A DNA stretch of 64,000 bases from Myxococcales bacterium (GTDB lineage: Bacteria > Myxococcota_A > UBA9042 > JABWCM01 > BTVJ01). The number at the start of each line of letters is the position of its first letter. Position 1 is the stretch's first letter. Where the stretch lies: NCBI GenBank assembly GCA_045863395.1, contig BTVJ01000034.1:1-64000 (forward strand), written 5' to 3'. The notes beneath the pieces are model-generated. The model searched no databases and was not told the DNA's origin. It saw only the letters and a program-made list of their open reading frames with translations. A program made the position numbers and the translations under genes. Positions 9,390-19,389 of the stretch are shown here, in pieces.

Positions 9390-10705
9390 TGCGTGCCCTC
9401 GCTGCCCTGATCGTCGCCCTCGTTGCCTCGCAGGCGACAGCGAACCCCCTCGACGTCTACGGCTTCGGCGCCCGGGCCATGGGCATGGCCAACGCCTACA
9501 CGGCGCTGGCCGCGGACCCGTCGGCGAGCTACTACAACCCGGCGGGCCTGGCGATGACGGACCGCGTGCAGATCGACGCCGGCTACCTGCTGACGAGCCC
9601 CACCCTGCGCATGAACGGCATCGATCAAGAGGTGGACAGCTCCAGCGGCCTGATGGCGGGCATCCTCATCCCCGGGGACGTGGGCCCGGTGCGGCTCGCC
9701 TTCGGCATGGCGGTGTTCCTGCCGGACGCCCGCGTCAGCCGCGTGCGCGCGCTGCCCCAGTTCCAGCCGCGCTTCGTGATGCTCGACAACCGCCCGCAGC
9801 GGCTGTTCATCTCCGCCAACGCCGCGATCATGCCCTACCCGGGCCTGTCGGTGGGCGGGGGCGTCACCTTCGTGACCGACACCCACGGGGGCGTGAAGAT
9901 CGACGGGGCGCTCTACCCCGAGGCGGAGCGCGCCGTGCTGGCGACGGCCGTGGACGTCGACTTCCGCACCGTACGCTACCCGGAGGCGGGCGTGACCTGG
10001 GCGCCGATCCCTGCGCTGCGCATCGGCGCCGTCTACCGCGGCGAGGTCAAGGTGGAGCTCGACATCTCCGCGTCGATCAGCGGCGAGATCCGTGAGCTGC
10101 TCGGCGCCAAGCCCGTCAGCGGCACCTTCGACGTCACGTCGTTCAACACCAACCTCTTCAGCCCCCAGCAGGTGTTCTTCGGGCTCGGGTGGGAGGTGAC
10201 GCCCGGGACGCTGCTGGCCCTGGACTTCGGCTGGCTCGACTGGTCCGCGTTCCCCTCGGATACGGCGACCGTCACCATCGACTTCGCCCTCGAGGTCATC
10301 GACACCGCCGGGCTCGTTCCGCCGTCGGTGGCGCCCGTGGACCCGGAGTTCAGCGACATCTTCACGATCCGGGTGGGGGCGGAGCAGACGCTGGAGGCGC
10401 TCCCCTGGCTCGACGTGGCGCTGCGGGCGGGCTACGCCTTCGAGCCGACTCCCGTCCCCGACCAGCCCGGGGAGACCAACTACGTGGACACGGACAAGCA
10501 CCTCTTCACCATTGGGGCGGGCCTCGGGTTCCTGGATCCCCTGGCCGCGGGTGCGCCGCGGCCCATCCAGGTGGACCTGGGCTTCCAGTACTTCCACTAC
10601 GTGCCGCGGACCATCCTGAAGGCGTCGCCGGCCGACCTCATCGGCGACTACACGGCGGACGGCCACGTGTGGTCCTTCAGCGCCGGGGCGAGGTTCGCGC
10701 TATGA
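9389..10705 (+). CDS. FadL/OmpP1/TodX-family outer-membrane transporter (copy 2)
   Basis: GARAMGMANA, YYNPAGLA, LRAGYAFEP; TGATG overlap with copy 1. Confidence 0.85.
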   Translation: MRALAALIVALVASQATANPLDVYGFGARAMGMANAYTALAADPSASYYNPAGLAMTDRVQIDAGYLLTSPTLRMNGIDQEVDSSSGLMAGILIPGDVGPVRLAFGMAVFLPDARVSRVRALPQFQPRFVMLDNRPQRLFISANAAIMPYPGLSVGGGVTFVTDTHGGVKIDGALYPEAERAVLATAVDVDFRTVRYPEAGVTWAPIPALRIGAVYRGEVKVELDISASISGEIRELLGAKPVSGTFDVTSFNTNLFSPQQVFFGLGWEVTPGTLLALDFGWLDWSAFPSDTATVTIDFALEVIDTAGLVPPSVAPVDPEFSDIFTIRVGAEQTLEALPWLDVALRAGYAFEPTPVPDQPGETNYVDTDKHLFTIGAGLGFLDPLAAGAPRPIQVDLGFQYFHYVPRTILKASPADLIGDYTADGHVWSFSAGARFAL

Positions 10706-11724
10706 GGGCCTTGTGCATCGCAGCCCTGCTCGCGGGCTGCGCCGTGCAGAGCGGCCCGGAGGGCGGTGCGGCCCACCTGCCCAACGCCGGGGTGCTCCCG
10801 TTCACGCCCGCGGAGGGCCCCGAGCCCTTCGCCGCCAAGGGGCGCAGCTACACCCGCCCGTGGGCGCTCCCCCTGCCCGGCGGGGGCTTCCGGGCGTGGG
10901 TGGCGGAGCGGGAGACCGGAAGTGGCGGGAAGGAGCGCATCCTCGCCGTGGACGCGCCGGACGCGGTCACCTGGAGCCTCGACGGCGCCCGAACCGCCCT
11001 GGAGCCGTCGCAGCCCTGGGAGGCAGGATCCGTGCGCGCCCCCTGCGTCCGCTTCGACGCCGGCTCGTGGATCCTGTGGTACGTGGGCGGCGGCGCGGGC
11101 ATCGGCATCGCCGTCAGCCAGGACGGCGAGAGCTGGACTCGCGGAGGCGCCGCCCCGGTGTTCACGCCGCAGGGCTGGGAGACGGGCGGTGAGCCGGCCC
11201 TGGACGCGCCGAGCGTCGTCTCCGACGGCAAGGTGTACCGCATGTACTACCTGGCCGGCGGCGGAGCGGGCGTCGGTGCGGCGGAGTCGGCGGACGGGGT
11301 CACCTGGGAGCGGCTCCGCTCGACGCCGATCCTGGCCCCGCCGGGCGACCCGGGGGACGGGACCGTGCCCTGGGACCGGGACACGTTGACGGGCCTGTCC
11401 GTGAGCCGCGTCCTCACGCCTGCGGGCCGTGTCCAGCTCCGCATGTGGTACGGGGCGGGTCGGCGCAAGCAGTCGGGCGACCTGGAGGGGGCCATCGGGT
11501 TCGCGGCGAGCTTCGACGGGCTGGATTTCACGCGCATGGAGGCGAACCCGGTGCTTTTCCTGAGCGGCCTCGGCGCCGCGGAGCCCTGGGTGATCCCGGC
11601 GACGGAGCCACCGGTGATGCTCTACAGCCGCTACTGGAAGAAGGACGGAGCCAACCGCCGCGTGGTCACCTTCGCCACGGGGACCGTGGAGCCCGTCGTG
11701 TTGGGGGGCGTGGACGCGGAGTGA
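10702..11724 (+). CDS. Lipoprotein with five-bladed beta-propeller glycosidase-like fold (GH32/43/130-like)
   Basis: Lipobox LLAGC; repeated S.DG..W Asp-box motifs, APSVV, YRMYY. Confidence 0.7.
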   Translation: MRALCIAALLAGCAVQSGPEGGAAHLPNAGVLPFTPAEGPEPFAAKGRSYTRPWALPLPGGGFRAWVAERETGSGGKERILAVDAPDAVTWSLDGARTALEPSQPWEAGSVRAPCVRFDAGSWILWYVGGGAGIGIAVSQDGESWTRGGAAPVFTPQGWETGGEPALDAPSVVSDGKVYRMYYLAGGGAGVGAAESADGVTWERLRSTPILAPPGDPGDGTVPWDRDTLTGLSVSRVLTPAGRVQLRMWYGAGRRKQSGDLEGAIGFAASFDGLDFTRMEANPVLFLSGLGAAEPWVIPATEPPVMLYSRYWKKDGANRRVVTFATGTVEPVVLGGVDAE

Positions 11725-12763
11725 TCACGGCGACGAGCCGCTTCGGGCGACCTCGGCGTCTCCGCGCGATCAGAAGCAGCGGCAGACCAAAGGGGTCGCC
11801 GACGCTGCACCCGCCGGACGTTCCCCTGGAGCCGACGCTGCCCTGGGGAACCTCGCCGCCCGTGTCCTCCGCCCCCCCGATGACCAGGTCCAGGACCCAG
11901 GTGCCTGCATCCATGGGCGGGCCCAGGCGGGGCTGGGCATCGGTCGGCGGAGCGGTAATGGAGTCCTGCCCGCCGCCGCCATCCGGTGCGACCTGGCTGT
12001 CCACCGTGTGCAGTACCACGTCCGAGGCGGCATCCTCGCCCCCGGAGCCTGCGTCGTCCACCTCCCCGGCGTCCGCGCTCCCGGCGTCCCCGCCGACGTC
12101 GCCCACGGGGCCCGCGTCCGGATCGGCGACGAGGACGCCAGGCTCCGCACAGCACCGAAACCCGATGTTGGTGTGCACGGCCTCGTCGGGGGCCTCGAAG
12201 GCGATGCACGCGAACAGCGTCGGGGTGCACGCCTCCGAGTCCACGTTCTGCTCCACGGTGAGCTCGCCCGCGTAGTAGTCGCCGCCGAACACGCAGGTCT
12301 TGCCGGACGGGCTCAGGCTGGCCGTCCACTCCTGCACGTTGCCCGAGAGATCGAACACGCCGGCCGGAGACTCACAGCCGGGGAAGGAGCCCGTCACCGC
12401 CACCTGCCCGGCGCCGCCCGACGCGCCATTGCAGGCGCCGGGGACGTAGACGTCTCCGTAGGGGAAAGTGAGCCCGTCGAGGCCCGAGCAGGCCATGCCC
12501 AGCTCGTCGAAGGTGCAGAGGCGCTTGCCGGCCGACGCGCAGGCCGCCGATGCTGCCCCGTGGCCCAGCAGGGTCCAGGGGTACACACCCGGCCGCGACA
12601 GAGGCGGCTCGCTCGACTTGCCCGCGCTCTTGGCCGTGGCGTCTGCGCGGGACGCCTCCCAGCGGTCCACGCAGAGGTCTCCGGCGAGCGCCATGTCATC
12701 AGGGCACGTCGCGGCGTGTGCGAGGGCCGGCGCGAGGGCGAGCACGAGCGTCAGACGAATCAT
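11666..12763 (-). CDS. FGE-sulfatase (SUMF1/EgtB/PvdO) domain protein with MYXO-CTERM-like tail
   Basis: CPDDM, VDRWEA, GKRLCT, FPYG, GVFDLSGNVQEW, IGFRCC; acidic linker; GGCS...LLLIARRRR. Confidence 0.85.
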   Translation of the reverse strand: MIRLTLVLALAPALAHAATCPDDMALAGDLCVDRWEASRADATAKSAGKSSEPPLSRPGVYPWTLLGHGAASAACASAGKRLCTFDELGMACSGLDGLTFPYGDVYVPGACNGASGGAGQVAVTGSFPGCESPAGVFDLSGNVQEWTASLSPSGKTCVFGGDYYAGELTVEQNVDSEACTPTLFACIAFEAPDEAVHTNIGFRCCAEPGVLVADPDAGPVGDVGGDAGSADAGEVDDAGSGGEDAASDVVLHTVDSQVAPDGGGGQDSITAPPTDAQPRLGPPMDAGTWVLDLVIGGAEDTGGEVPQGSVGSRGTSGGCSVGDPFGLPLLLIARRRRGRPKRLVAVITPRPRPPTRRAPRSPWRR

Positions 12764-12829
12764 GGCCCCATGATGACACCGCCGAGGCGTGGCGGCCAGC
12801 GTGCGGACGAATCGAGGGCCCACCCGAGC

Positions 12830-14581
12830 TCAGCGGAGGTCCCTCTCCAGCGCCTCGATGTCATTGAACAGGGCACGCGCCGGCGCCGGTGCGGCCGCCT
12901 TGCGGGACGCCTCGCGGACCAGCATGTCATTGTCATACTCCAGCTCGTACTCCACGAGCCAGGTGCCTCGGCTGCGGGGCGCGACGGTGGCCGTCCACCG
13001 GACGATGCCGTTGGCGTCGCGCTGGGCCCCCTCGGGGACGCGCACCTTGTCCACCTCGATGGAGTCAACCGCCGCGACCGGCACCCGGTCGCCAAGGTCC
13101 AGCGTGATGGGCTCGTCGCCCAGGTTCTCGGCCTCGATGACGAAGGACACCCGGAGCTCCGTGCGCCGCTTGCCCTGCTCCAGCCCGCTCCGGCGCCGAT
13201 CCAGGGACCGGCCGAGCTTCACCCGGTCATGCACCCCGAGATACGCGGTGAACGTCTCGCCCGGGGCCACGAAGGGCAGCTCCGTCGTGCCGACGAAGGC
13301 GCCGTCGACGAACAGGGACACCTTGCCTGGGAGCACGGGGCGGGCTCCCGTGTTGACGATCTCCGCGGTGCGCACCGCGTTGGGGGAGACCTCCGGCACA
13401 GCGACCAGGCGAGGGGTGAACGCAAACTCCTCCAGCCCGATGGGCACCCGGATGGGGCGCCCGTCGGCGCGCACCGGGGGGCTGGACAGCGCGGGGAAGT
13501 GGGAGGTCGTTCCGCGCCGGGAGAGTGACTCGAAGGTGGCGGCCGCGCGGGCCTGGATCTCGATCTGCCGGTTCCGATTGTCCCGATAGCCCGCCTTGTT
13601 GCGCCCCTGGGCTTCGTTCTCCAGGGCGTAGACGGACGCCGCGCGCCCCCAGGAGTCTCCGACGCTGCCGATGACCGCGCTCAGGCCTGGGCCGCCGCCG
13701 CCGAGGAGCAGGGAGGTCACCTCGGGGATGGCCAGGGTCTCGGCGGAGCGCTGCGTGGAGAATGCGAGGGCGGCCCCCTCCCAGTCCTCCCCGGTGGTCT
13801 GGACGACCAGGGCGAGCTGCGCCAGCGTCGCCTGGCCGCTGTTGCCGGTGGACCGGAGCTCGGAGACGGGCTCCCAGGTGGCGCCGGGGGTCATGTAGGT
13901 CACGACCAGTGTGCCGCGGCCGCGGCCGTCCAGCTCGATGGTCACGCTGCGCTGCTGGAGCTGCGCCCGCGACGCCAGCTCGTCCCGCGCCGACGTGCGC
14001 GCCTGGAGCTCCGGCCCCAGGGTGCGGCGCCGCAGCGCCAGCTCTCGGAGCCCCGCGCGGCTCTTGCGGAGGGAGTCGGCGACGAACTCCACGGTCTCGG
14101 CGACCGTCGTGATCTTCACCTCGCGCGTCGCCAGGTCACGGGGCAGCTTGTCGAAGGAGAACGCGCGGGCCGCCTCGAGCTGGACGATCTCCGCCGCGAG
14201 CACCGCCTCCTCGTCGGCGACGGCGGCCAGCGCGTCCGCGGTCTCGTTGACCGCCGCCTCCGCCTTGCGCACGGCCTCCTCCGACGCCTCCGCCAGGAAC
14301 GTGCGCTCCACGGCCACGTCCAGCACCCGGGCCGTGGCGCCGGTCACGCTCACCCGCACGGACTCGTCGTCGATCCAGCCGGGGAGGCCGGCGACGACCA
14401 CGCGCTCGCCGCCGGCGGAGAGATCCACGACGCCCGTGCGCGTGATCTGGGCCCGGTCGGCGTAGACCGTGACAGCGGTGATCTTCGTGGGGATCGGCCG
14501 GGGCTCAGCGGCTGCGGAGCCGGCGAGCGCGAGGAGCAGCGAGCTGCCGAGCAGACGGAGATGGCGGGACGACGGACACAT
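12830..14581 (-). CDS. DUF4139/DUF4140 (MuiA-like) secreted protein
   Basis: ITAVTVYADRAQITR, LP...DDESVRV, QTTGEDW, FVDGAFVG. Confidence 0.85.
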   Translation of the reverse strand: MCPSSRHLRLLGSSLLLALAGSAAAEPRPIPTKITAVTVYADRAQITRTGVVDLSAGGERVVVAGLPGWIDDESVRVSVTGATARVLDVAVERTFLAEASEEAVRKAEAAVNETADALAAVADEEAVLAAEIVQLEAARAFSFDKLPRDLATREVKITTVAETVEFVADSLRKSRAGLRELALRRRTLGPELQARTSARDELASRAQLQQRSVTIELDGRGRGTLVVTYMTPGATWEPVSELRSTGNSGQATLAQLALVVQTTGEDWEGAALAFSTQRSAETLAIPEVTSLLLGGGGPGLSAVIGSVGDSWGRAASVYALENEAQGRNKAGYRDNRNRQIEIQARAAATFESLSRRGTTSHFPALSSPPVRADGRPIRVPIGLEEFAFTPRLVAVPEVSPNAVRTAEIVNTGARPVLPGKVSLFVDGAFVGTTELPFVAPGETFTAYLGVHDRVKLGRSLDRRRSGLEQGKRRTELRVSFVIEAENLGDEPITLDLGDRVPVAAVDSIEVDKVRVPEGAQRDANGIVRWTATVAPRSRGTWLVEYELEYDNDMLVREASRKAAAPAPARALFNDIEALERDLR

Positions 14582-14673
14582 GAGGATCCTCCAGGGTTCG
14601 GGCGGGCTGAGCCCGCGCCCCTGCTCCTACGCAGCGGAGCCCGGAAGGATCTGCGGTGATCCGCCGAAGTCGG

Positions 14674-15453
<780 letters not shown>

Positions 15454-15455
15454 GG

Positions 15456-16916
15456 TCACCTCCGCCCGTCCACGTGGCGCTCGAGCCGCGCCGCGAGGCG
15501 CGTGAGCGGCAGGGTCATCAGGAGGTAGAACACGGCGACCGCCGGCCAGATGGTCAGCGGGTTGGCCAGGCGGCTCGCCAGCTCCTGGCCCGACCGCGTC
15601 AGCTCCGTCATGCCCATGATGGACACGAGGGAGCTGTCCTTCAGCAGCGCGATCAGCTCGTTGGTCAGCGGTGGGACGATGCGCCGCAGGGCCTGGGGCA
15701 GCACCACGAGGCGCATGGCCTGGCGCCGCGTCATGCCGAGCGAGCGGGCGGCCTCGGTCTGGCCACTGTCGACGCTCTCGATGCCTGCGCGCACGATCTC
15801 GGCGATGTAGGCGCCCGCGTTGAGGGCGAGGGCCAGCACCCCCGTGGACAGCTCCCCCAGCTTGATGCCGACGAAGGGGAGCACGAAGTACGCGAAGAAG
15901 ATCTGCACCAGGAGCGGGATCCCGCGGAAGACCTCCACGTAGACGGCGCCGAAGGCCCGCAGCGGCGCCCGGGGAGACAGGCGGGCGAGGGCGACCGCCA
16001 CGCCGATGGGGAGGCCGGCGGCGAAGGCGAGCAGCGTCAGCAGGATCGTCATGAGAGCGCCCCGACCGAGCACCGGCAGCGCCTGAACCAGGACGTCGAA
16101 GGAGAACAGGCTGCGTGTGGCTCGCGCGGCGGTGGCTTCGCCCGGGGGGGCGAGCAGGGCGGGCGGCACGGCCTCCACGCCAAACCACTTCGCATGGAGC
16201 CGCGCGTACTCTCCGCTGGCGGCCAGGTCCCTCAGAGCCGCATCGACGGCCGCGACCAGCGAGGCATCGTCGGGACGCATTGCGATGCCGTAGCTCTCCG
16301 CGCTGAGCAGCCCCCCCACCACGTCGAGCTGGGAGAAGGTCCGCGCGATCATGTAGCGGGTCACGGGCGCGTCGTTGACGACGGCGTCGATGCGCTCGTT
16401 GACGAGATCCAGGAACGCGAGGTCGATGGTGTTGTAGGCGCGGACCGTCACGCCCGGCAGCTTCTCGCACAGGATCTGCGCGGTCGTGTTGATCTGGACG
16501 CCCACCGTGCGCCCGGTCAGGTCGGCCTCCGACGCGATCCTCGCATCTCCCCTGCGGACGGCGATGATCTGCCCGGCCTCATAGTACGGCAACGAGAAGG
16601 CCAGCGTCTGTTGCCGCTCGGGCGTGATGGTGATGGCGCTGACCACCGCATCGAAGCGATCGAGGAGCAAGGACGGGAAGATGCCGTCGAAGGAGGCGTT
16701 GACCCACCGCACCCGCACGCCGAGCCGCCCGGCGACCGCCTCCAGCAGATCGATGTCGAAGCCCTCGTAGGCGTCGCCGACCTTGCTCTCGAAGGGGGGG
16801 TAGGTGGCGTCCGTGCCGACGATCAGCTCGCCGGAGGCGCGGATCTCGTCCACGCTCCGCGCTGCGGCTGGCAGCGCGAGCAGGACCGCTGCGAGCACCC
16901 CGATGAGGCGCGTCAT
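15456..16916 (-). CDS. Polar amino-acid ABC transporter, substrate-binding domain fused to permease (GlnH-GlnP type)
   Basis: [10 protein letters not shown] and GFDIDL SBP_bac_3 domain; [35 protein letters not shown] permease motifs. Confidence 0.92.
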   Translation of the reverse strand: MTRLIGVLAAVLLALPAAARSVDEIRASGELIVGTDATYPPFESKVGDAYEGFDIDLLEAVAGRLGVRVRWVNASFDGIFPSLLLDRFDAVVSAITITPERQQTLAFSLPYYEAGQIIAVRRGDARIASEADLTGRTVGVQINTTAQILCEKLPGVTVRAYNTIDLAFLDLVNERIDAVVNDAPVTRYMIARTFSQLDVVGGLLSAESYGIAMRPDDASLVAAVDAALRDLAASGEYARLHAKWFGVEAVPPALLAPPGEATAARATRSLFSFDVLVQALPVLGRGALMTILLTLLAFAAGLPIGVAVALARLSPRAPLRAFGAVYVEVFRGIPLLVQIFFAYFVLPFVGIKLGELSTGVLALALNAGAYIAEIVRAGIESVDSGQTEAARSLGMTRRQAMRLVVLPQALRRIVPPLTNELIALLKDSSLVSIMGMTELTRSGQELASRLANPLTIWPAVAVFYLLMTLPLTRLAARLERHVDGRR

Positions 16917-16970
16917 GGGCCACTCCGAGAGAGGTTGCCGACCCTGGAGATCCGTCCGTGGACCCGGGCG

Positions 16971-16999
16971 ACCCTACGCGGGGCCGGGCGAGCCGTCAA
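16971..16999 (-). promoter_or_regulatory. Putative sigma70 promoter of the ABC operon
   Basis: TTGACG-N17-TAGGGT on the minus strand. Confidence 0.5.
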
Positions 17000-17026
17000 G
17001 GGCAGCGCGGGGACGCGCAGCCGCCC

Positions 17027-17055
17027 TTGACACGGTGCGCCGCGCCTCCCACCCT
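17027..17055 (+). promoter_or_regulatory. Putative sigma70 promoter (leaderless) of the Cys-rich lipoprotein
   Basis: TTGACA-N17-CACCCT; ATG 8 nt downstream with no SD. Confidence 0.4.
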
Positions 17056-17063
17056 TCCGACCC

Positions 17064-19283
17064 ATGAAGTGGCACATCGCGACCCTGTTGGCCCTCACCG
17101 CGCTCCTCGCCTGTGGAGACACGGCGACGACGTTGCCCGGCACCTCGACCGGGACCGACGCGGGCTCCGCGGACTCGGGGGCGTGGAACCCCTTCGGCGG
17201 CGGCCGCGCCGACGGGGGCCCCGCAGCGGACGTCACCTCCCTGTGCGGGACCTGCCCCGCGGAGCGCCCCATCTGCCACATCGCCTCCTGCCTGTGCACG
17301 GGAACGAGCTGCGGCGCCGGCGCCGTCTGTGAGGGTGGCGCGTGCGTCCCCTGCGACACCGACGACCGGTGCGGGCCATCCTGCACGAGCTGCGCCCCCA
17401 TCGGAGGCTTCTGCAGCGCGGGGGGCTGCGTCCAGTGCGACGACGCCCACCCATGCGACAACGGCAACGGTTGCGCCGGCGGGTCCTGCGAGGGGTGCGA
17501 CACGGCGGAGCGCTGCGGCCCCGCCTGCGAGCCCTGCGGCGGCGAGGCGCCGGTATGTCAGGGCGGCAAGTGCGCATGCACCGAGGCATCCTGCCCCGTC
17601 GGCACCTGGTGCGACGGAGCCTGCGCTCCATGCACGGCCGATGCCCACTGTGGCTTCGAGTGCATCGACTGCACTGGCACGCCCACCCCAGTCTGCAAGA
17701 ACGGCCAGTGCGTGTGCACGGCCGACGGCCAGTGCGGTACGGGGCAGTGGTGCAGCGGAGGCGCGTGCGTCCCCTGCTCCCCCACCGACGCGCTGCACTG
17801 CGGCGCCACCTGCGCGGTCTGCGGGGGAGCCGCCCCCGTCTGCAAGGACGGCCTCTGCGCCTGCGCGTCGTCGGCGGACTGTGGCCCGAGCTACACGTGC
17901 ATCGGCGGCGGCTGCCAGCCGTGCAACACGGACGCCCGCTGCGGCGCCGCGTGCCTGCCGTGCAGCGGCGCGGCTCCCGCCTGCAACGGGCTCCAGTGCA
18001 CCTGTACGGACGCGTCGTGCGCCCCCGGCCAGTGGTGCGACGGGACCGTGTGCCAGAGCTGCGGCCCGAGCGACCCCCTGCACTGCGGCCCGCTGTGCGG
18101 CGTCTGCGGCGACGACACGCCCGTCTGCCAGGGGGGCGTGTGCGTATGCACGGAGGACGCGCACTGCGGCGCGGGGGCGTGGTGCAAGGGCGGCGTCTGC
18201 TCCCCCTGCGCCAACACCGACCCGCTCCACTGCGGCCCATCCTGCGCCCTGTGCCCCGCGGACGCCCCTGTGTGCCTGGGCGGGTCCTGTGGCTGCACGG
18301 AGGGCTCCTGCCCAAGCGGGACCGCCTGCGAGGCGGGCACCTGCAAGCCTTGCAACAGCGCCACGAAGTGTGGCCCCGCGTGCCAGCCGTGCGGCGGCGC
18401 CACCCCGGTCTGCGACGGCAAGGGCTGCGTTCCGTGTACGGCCGACGCCCAGTGCGGCGCCGGCAAGGCCTGCATCGGCGGGACCTGCGAGCCCTGCGGC
18501 CAGTCCGATCCGGCCCACTGCGGCCCGAGCTGCGCCGTCTGCACCGGAGCGACGCCCGCGTGCCAGGGGGGCGCCTGCGTGTGCGAGGGCGACTCCTGCG
18601 GACCGGGCGCCCTGTGCGCGGGCGCGTGCGTCCCCTGCAACACGGCGGCGGCCTGCGGCCCGGCGTGCGGAGCGTGCTCGGCCTCGACCCCCCACTGCGC
18701 CGCCAGCGGCTCCGGCTGCGTGGAGTGCGCGGCGGACGCCCACTGCGCGGGCGGCCTCTCGTGTCAGGGAGGCAAGTGCGTCCTGCCGTGCGCGCCGTCC
18801 TGCTGCGCGGGCGACTCGTCGCCCAACGCCAAGAAGTGCTCCACGGCCATCGTGGTGGGAAGGCCCGCCGCCGCGGCGCTGGCGACCTGGTCGGGCGACA
18901 CCACGGGGGACGGCAACGACGACGACGTCTCGTCGAGCCTCGGGAGCTCCTGCTGGGACGCCAAGTACGACAACTTCTACCGCATCTACTTGATTGCGGG
19001 CGAGTCGATGACCGCGACGCTCACCCCCAAGGCCTCGGCCTTCGACGCCATGCTGAAGCTCTACAAGGGCACGGGCTGCAAGGGCGGCGGCGACGAGCTG
19101 ATCGCGTGCACCCACTCCAAGGGCGACGGCGGCGTCGAGACCTTCACCTGGGTCGCGACCAGCACCGGCTGGTTCACGGTGGTGGTCGATGGCCGCATGG
19201 CCTTCGAGGAGGACCTGGACTACGGCCCCTATACCTTCGCGATCAAGCTGGCGTGCATCGACGCTGGCTGCGGCTGCCAGTAG
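17064..19283 (+). CDS. Cys-rich repeat lipoprotein with C-terminal PPC-like domain
   Basis: Lipobox LLAC; ~10 repeats of CGxxCxxCxxxxPxCxxGxCxC; C-terminus FDAMLKLY...GGVETF...GWFTVVVDG...GPYTF. Confidence 0.85.
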   Translation: MKWHIATLLALTALLACGDTATTLPGTSTGTDAGSADSGAWNPFGGGRADGGPAADVTSLCGTCPAERPICHIASCLCTGTSCGAGAVCEGGACVPCDTDDRCGPSCTSCAPIGGFCSAGGCVQCDDAHPCDNGNGCAGGSCEGCDTAERCGPACEPCGGEAPVCQGGKCACTEASCPVGTWCDGACAPCTADAHCGFECIDCTGTPTPVCKNGQCVCTADGQCGTGQWCSGGACVPCSPTDALHCGATCAVCGGAAPVCKDGLCACASSADCGPSYTCIGGGCQPCNTDARCGAACLPCSGAAPACNGLQCTCTDASCAPGQWCDGTVCQSCGPSDPLHCGPLCGVCGDDTPVCQGGVCVCTEDAHCGAGAWCKGGVCSPCANTDPLHCGPSCALCPADAPVCLGGSCGCTEGSCPSGTACEAGTCKPCNSATKCGPACQPCGGATPVCDGKGCVPCTADAQCGAGKACIGGTCEPCGQSDPAHCGPSCAVCTGATPACQGGACVCEGDSCGPGALCAGACVPCNTAAACGPACGACSASTPHCAASGSGCVECAADAHCAGGLSCQGGKCVLPCAPSCCAGDSSPNAKKCSTAIVVGRPAAAALATWSGDTTGDGNDDDVSSSLGSSCWDAKYDNFYRIYLIAGESMTATLTPKASAFDAMLKLYKGTGCKGGGDELIACTHSKGDGGVETFTWVATSTGWFTVVVDGRMAFEEDLDYGPYTFAIKLACIDAGCGCQ

Positions 19284-19389
19284 GTCCGCCGGAGGGCGCG
19301 GGCCTGGCGCCGTGCCGAGGGTGGCGCGAGGACCCCGCACCGCCTATGCTGTTCCTCGGCAGCGCCGTTCCACAGCAGGAGGCAATCCC

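Noticed and set aside
14630..14660. SRP RNA-like CCGGAAGG motif
   Set aside because: The flanking CAGG and AGCAG elements and the long hairpin are absent
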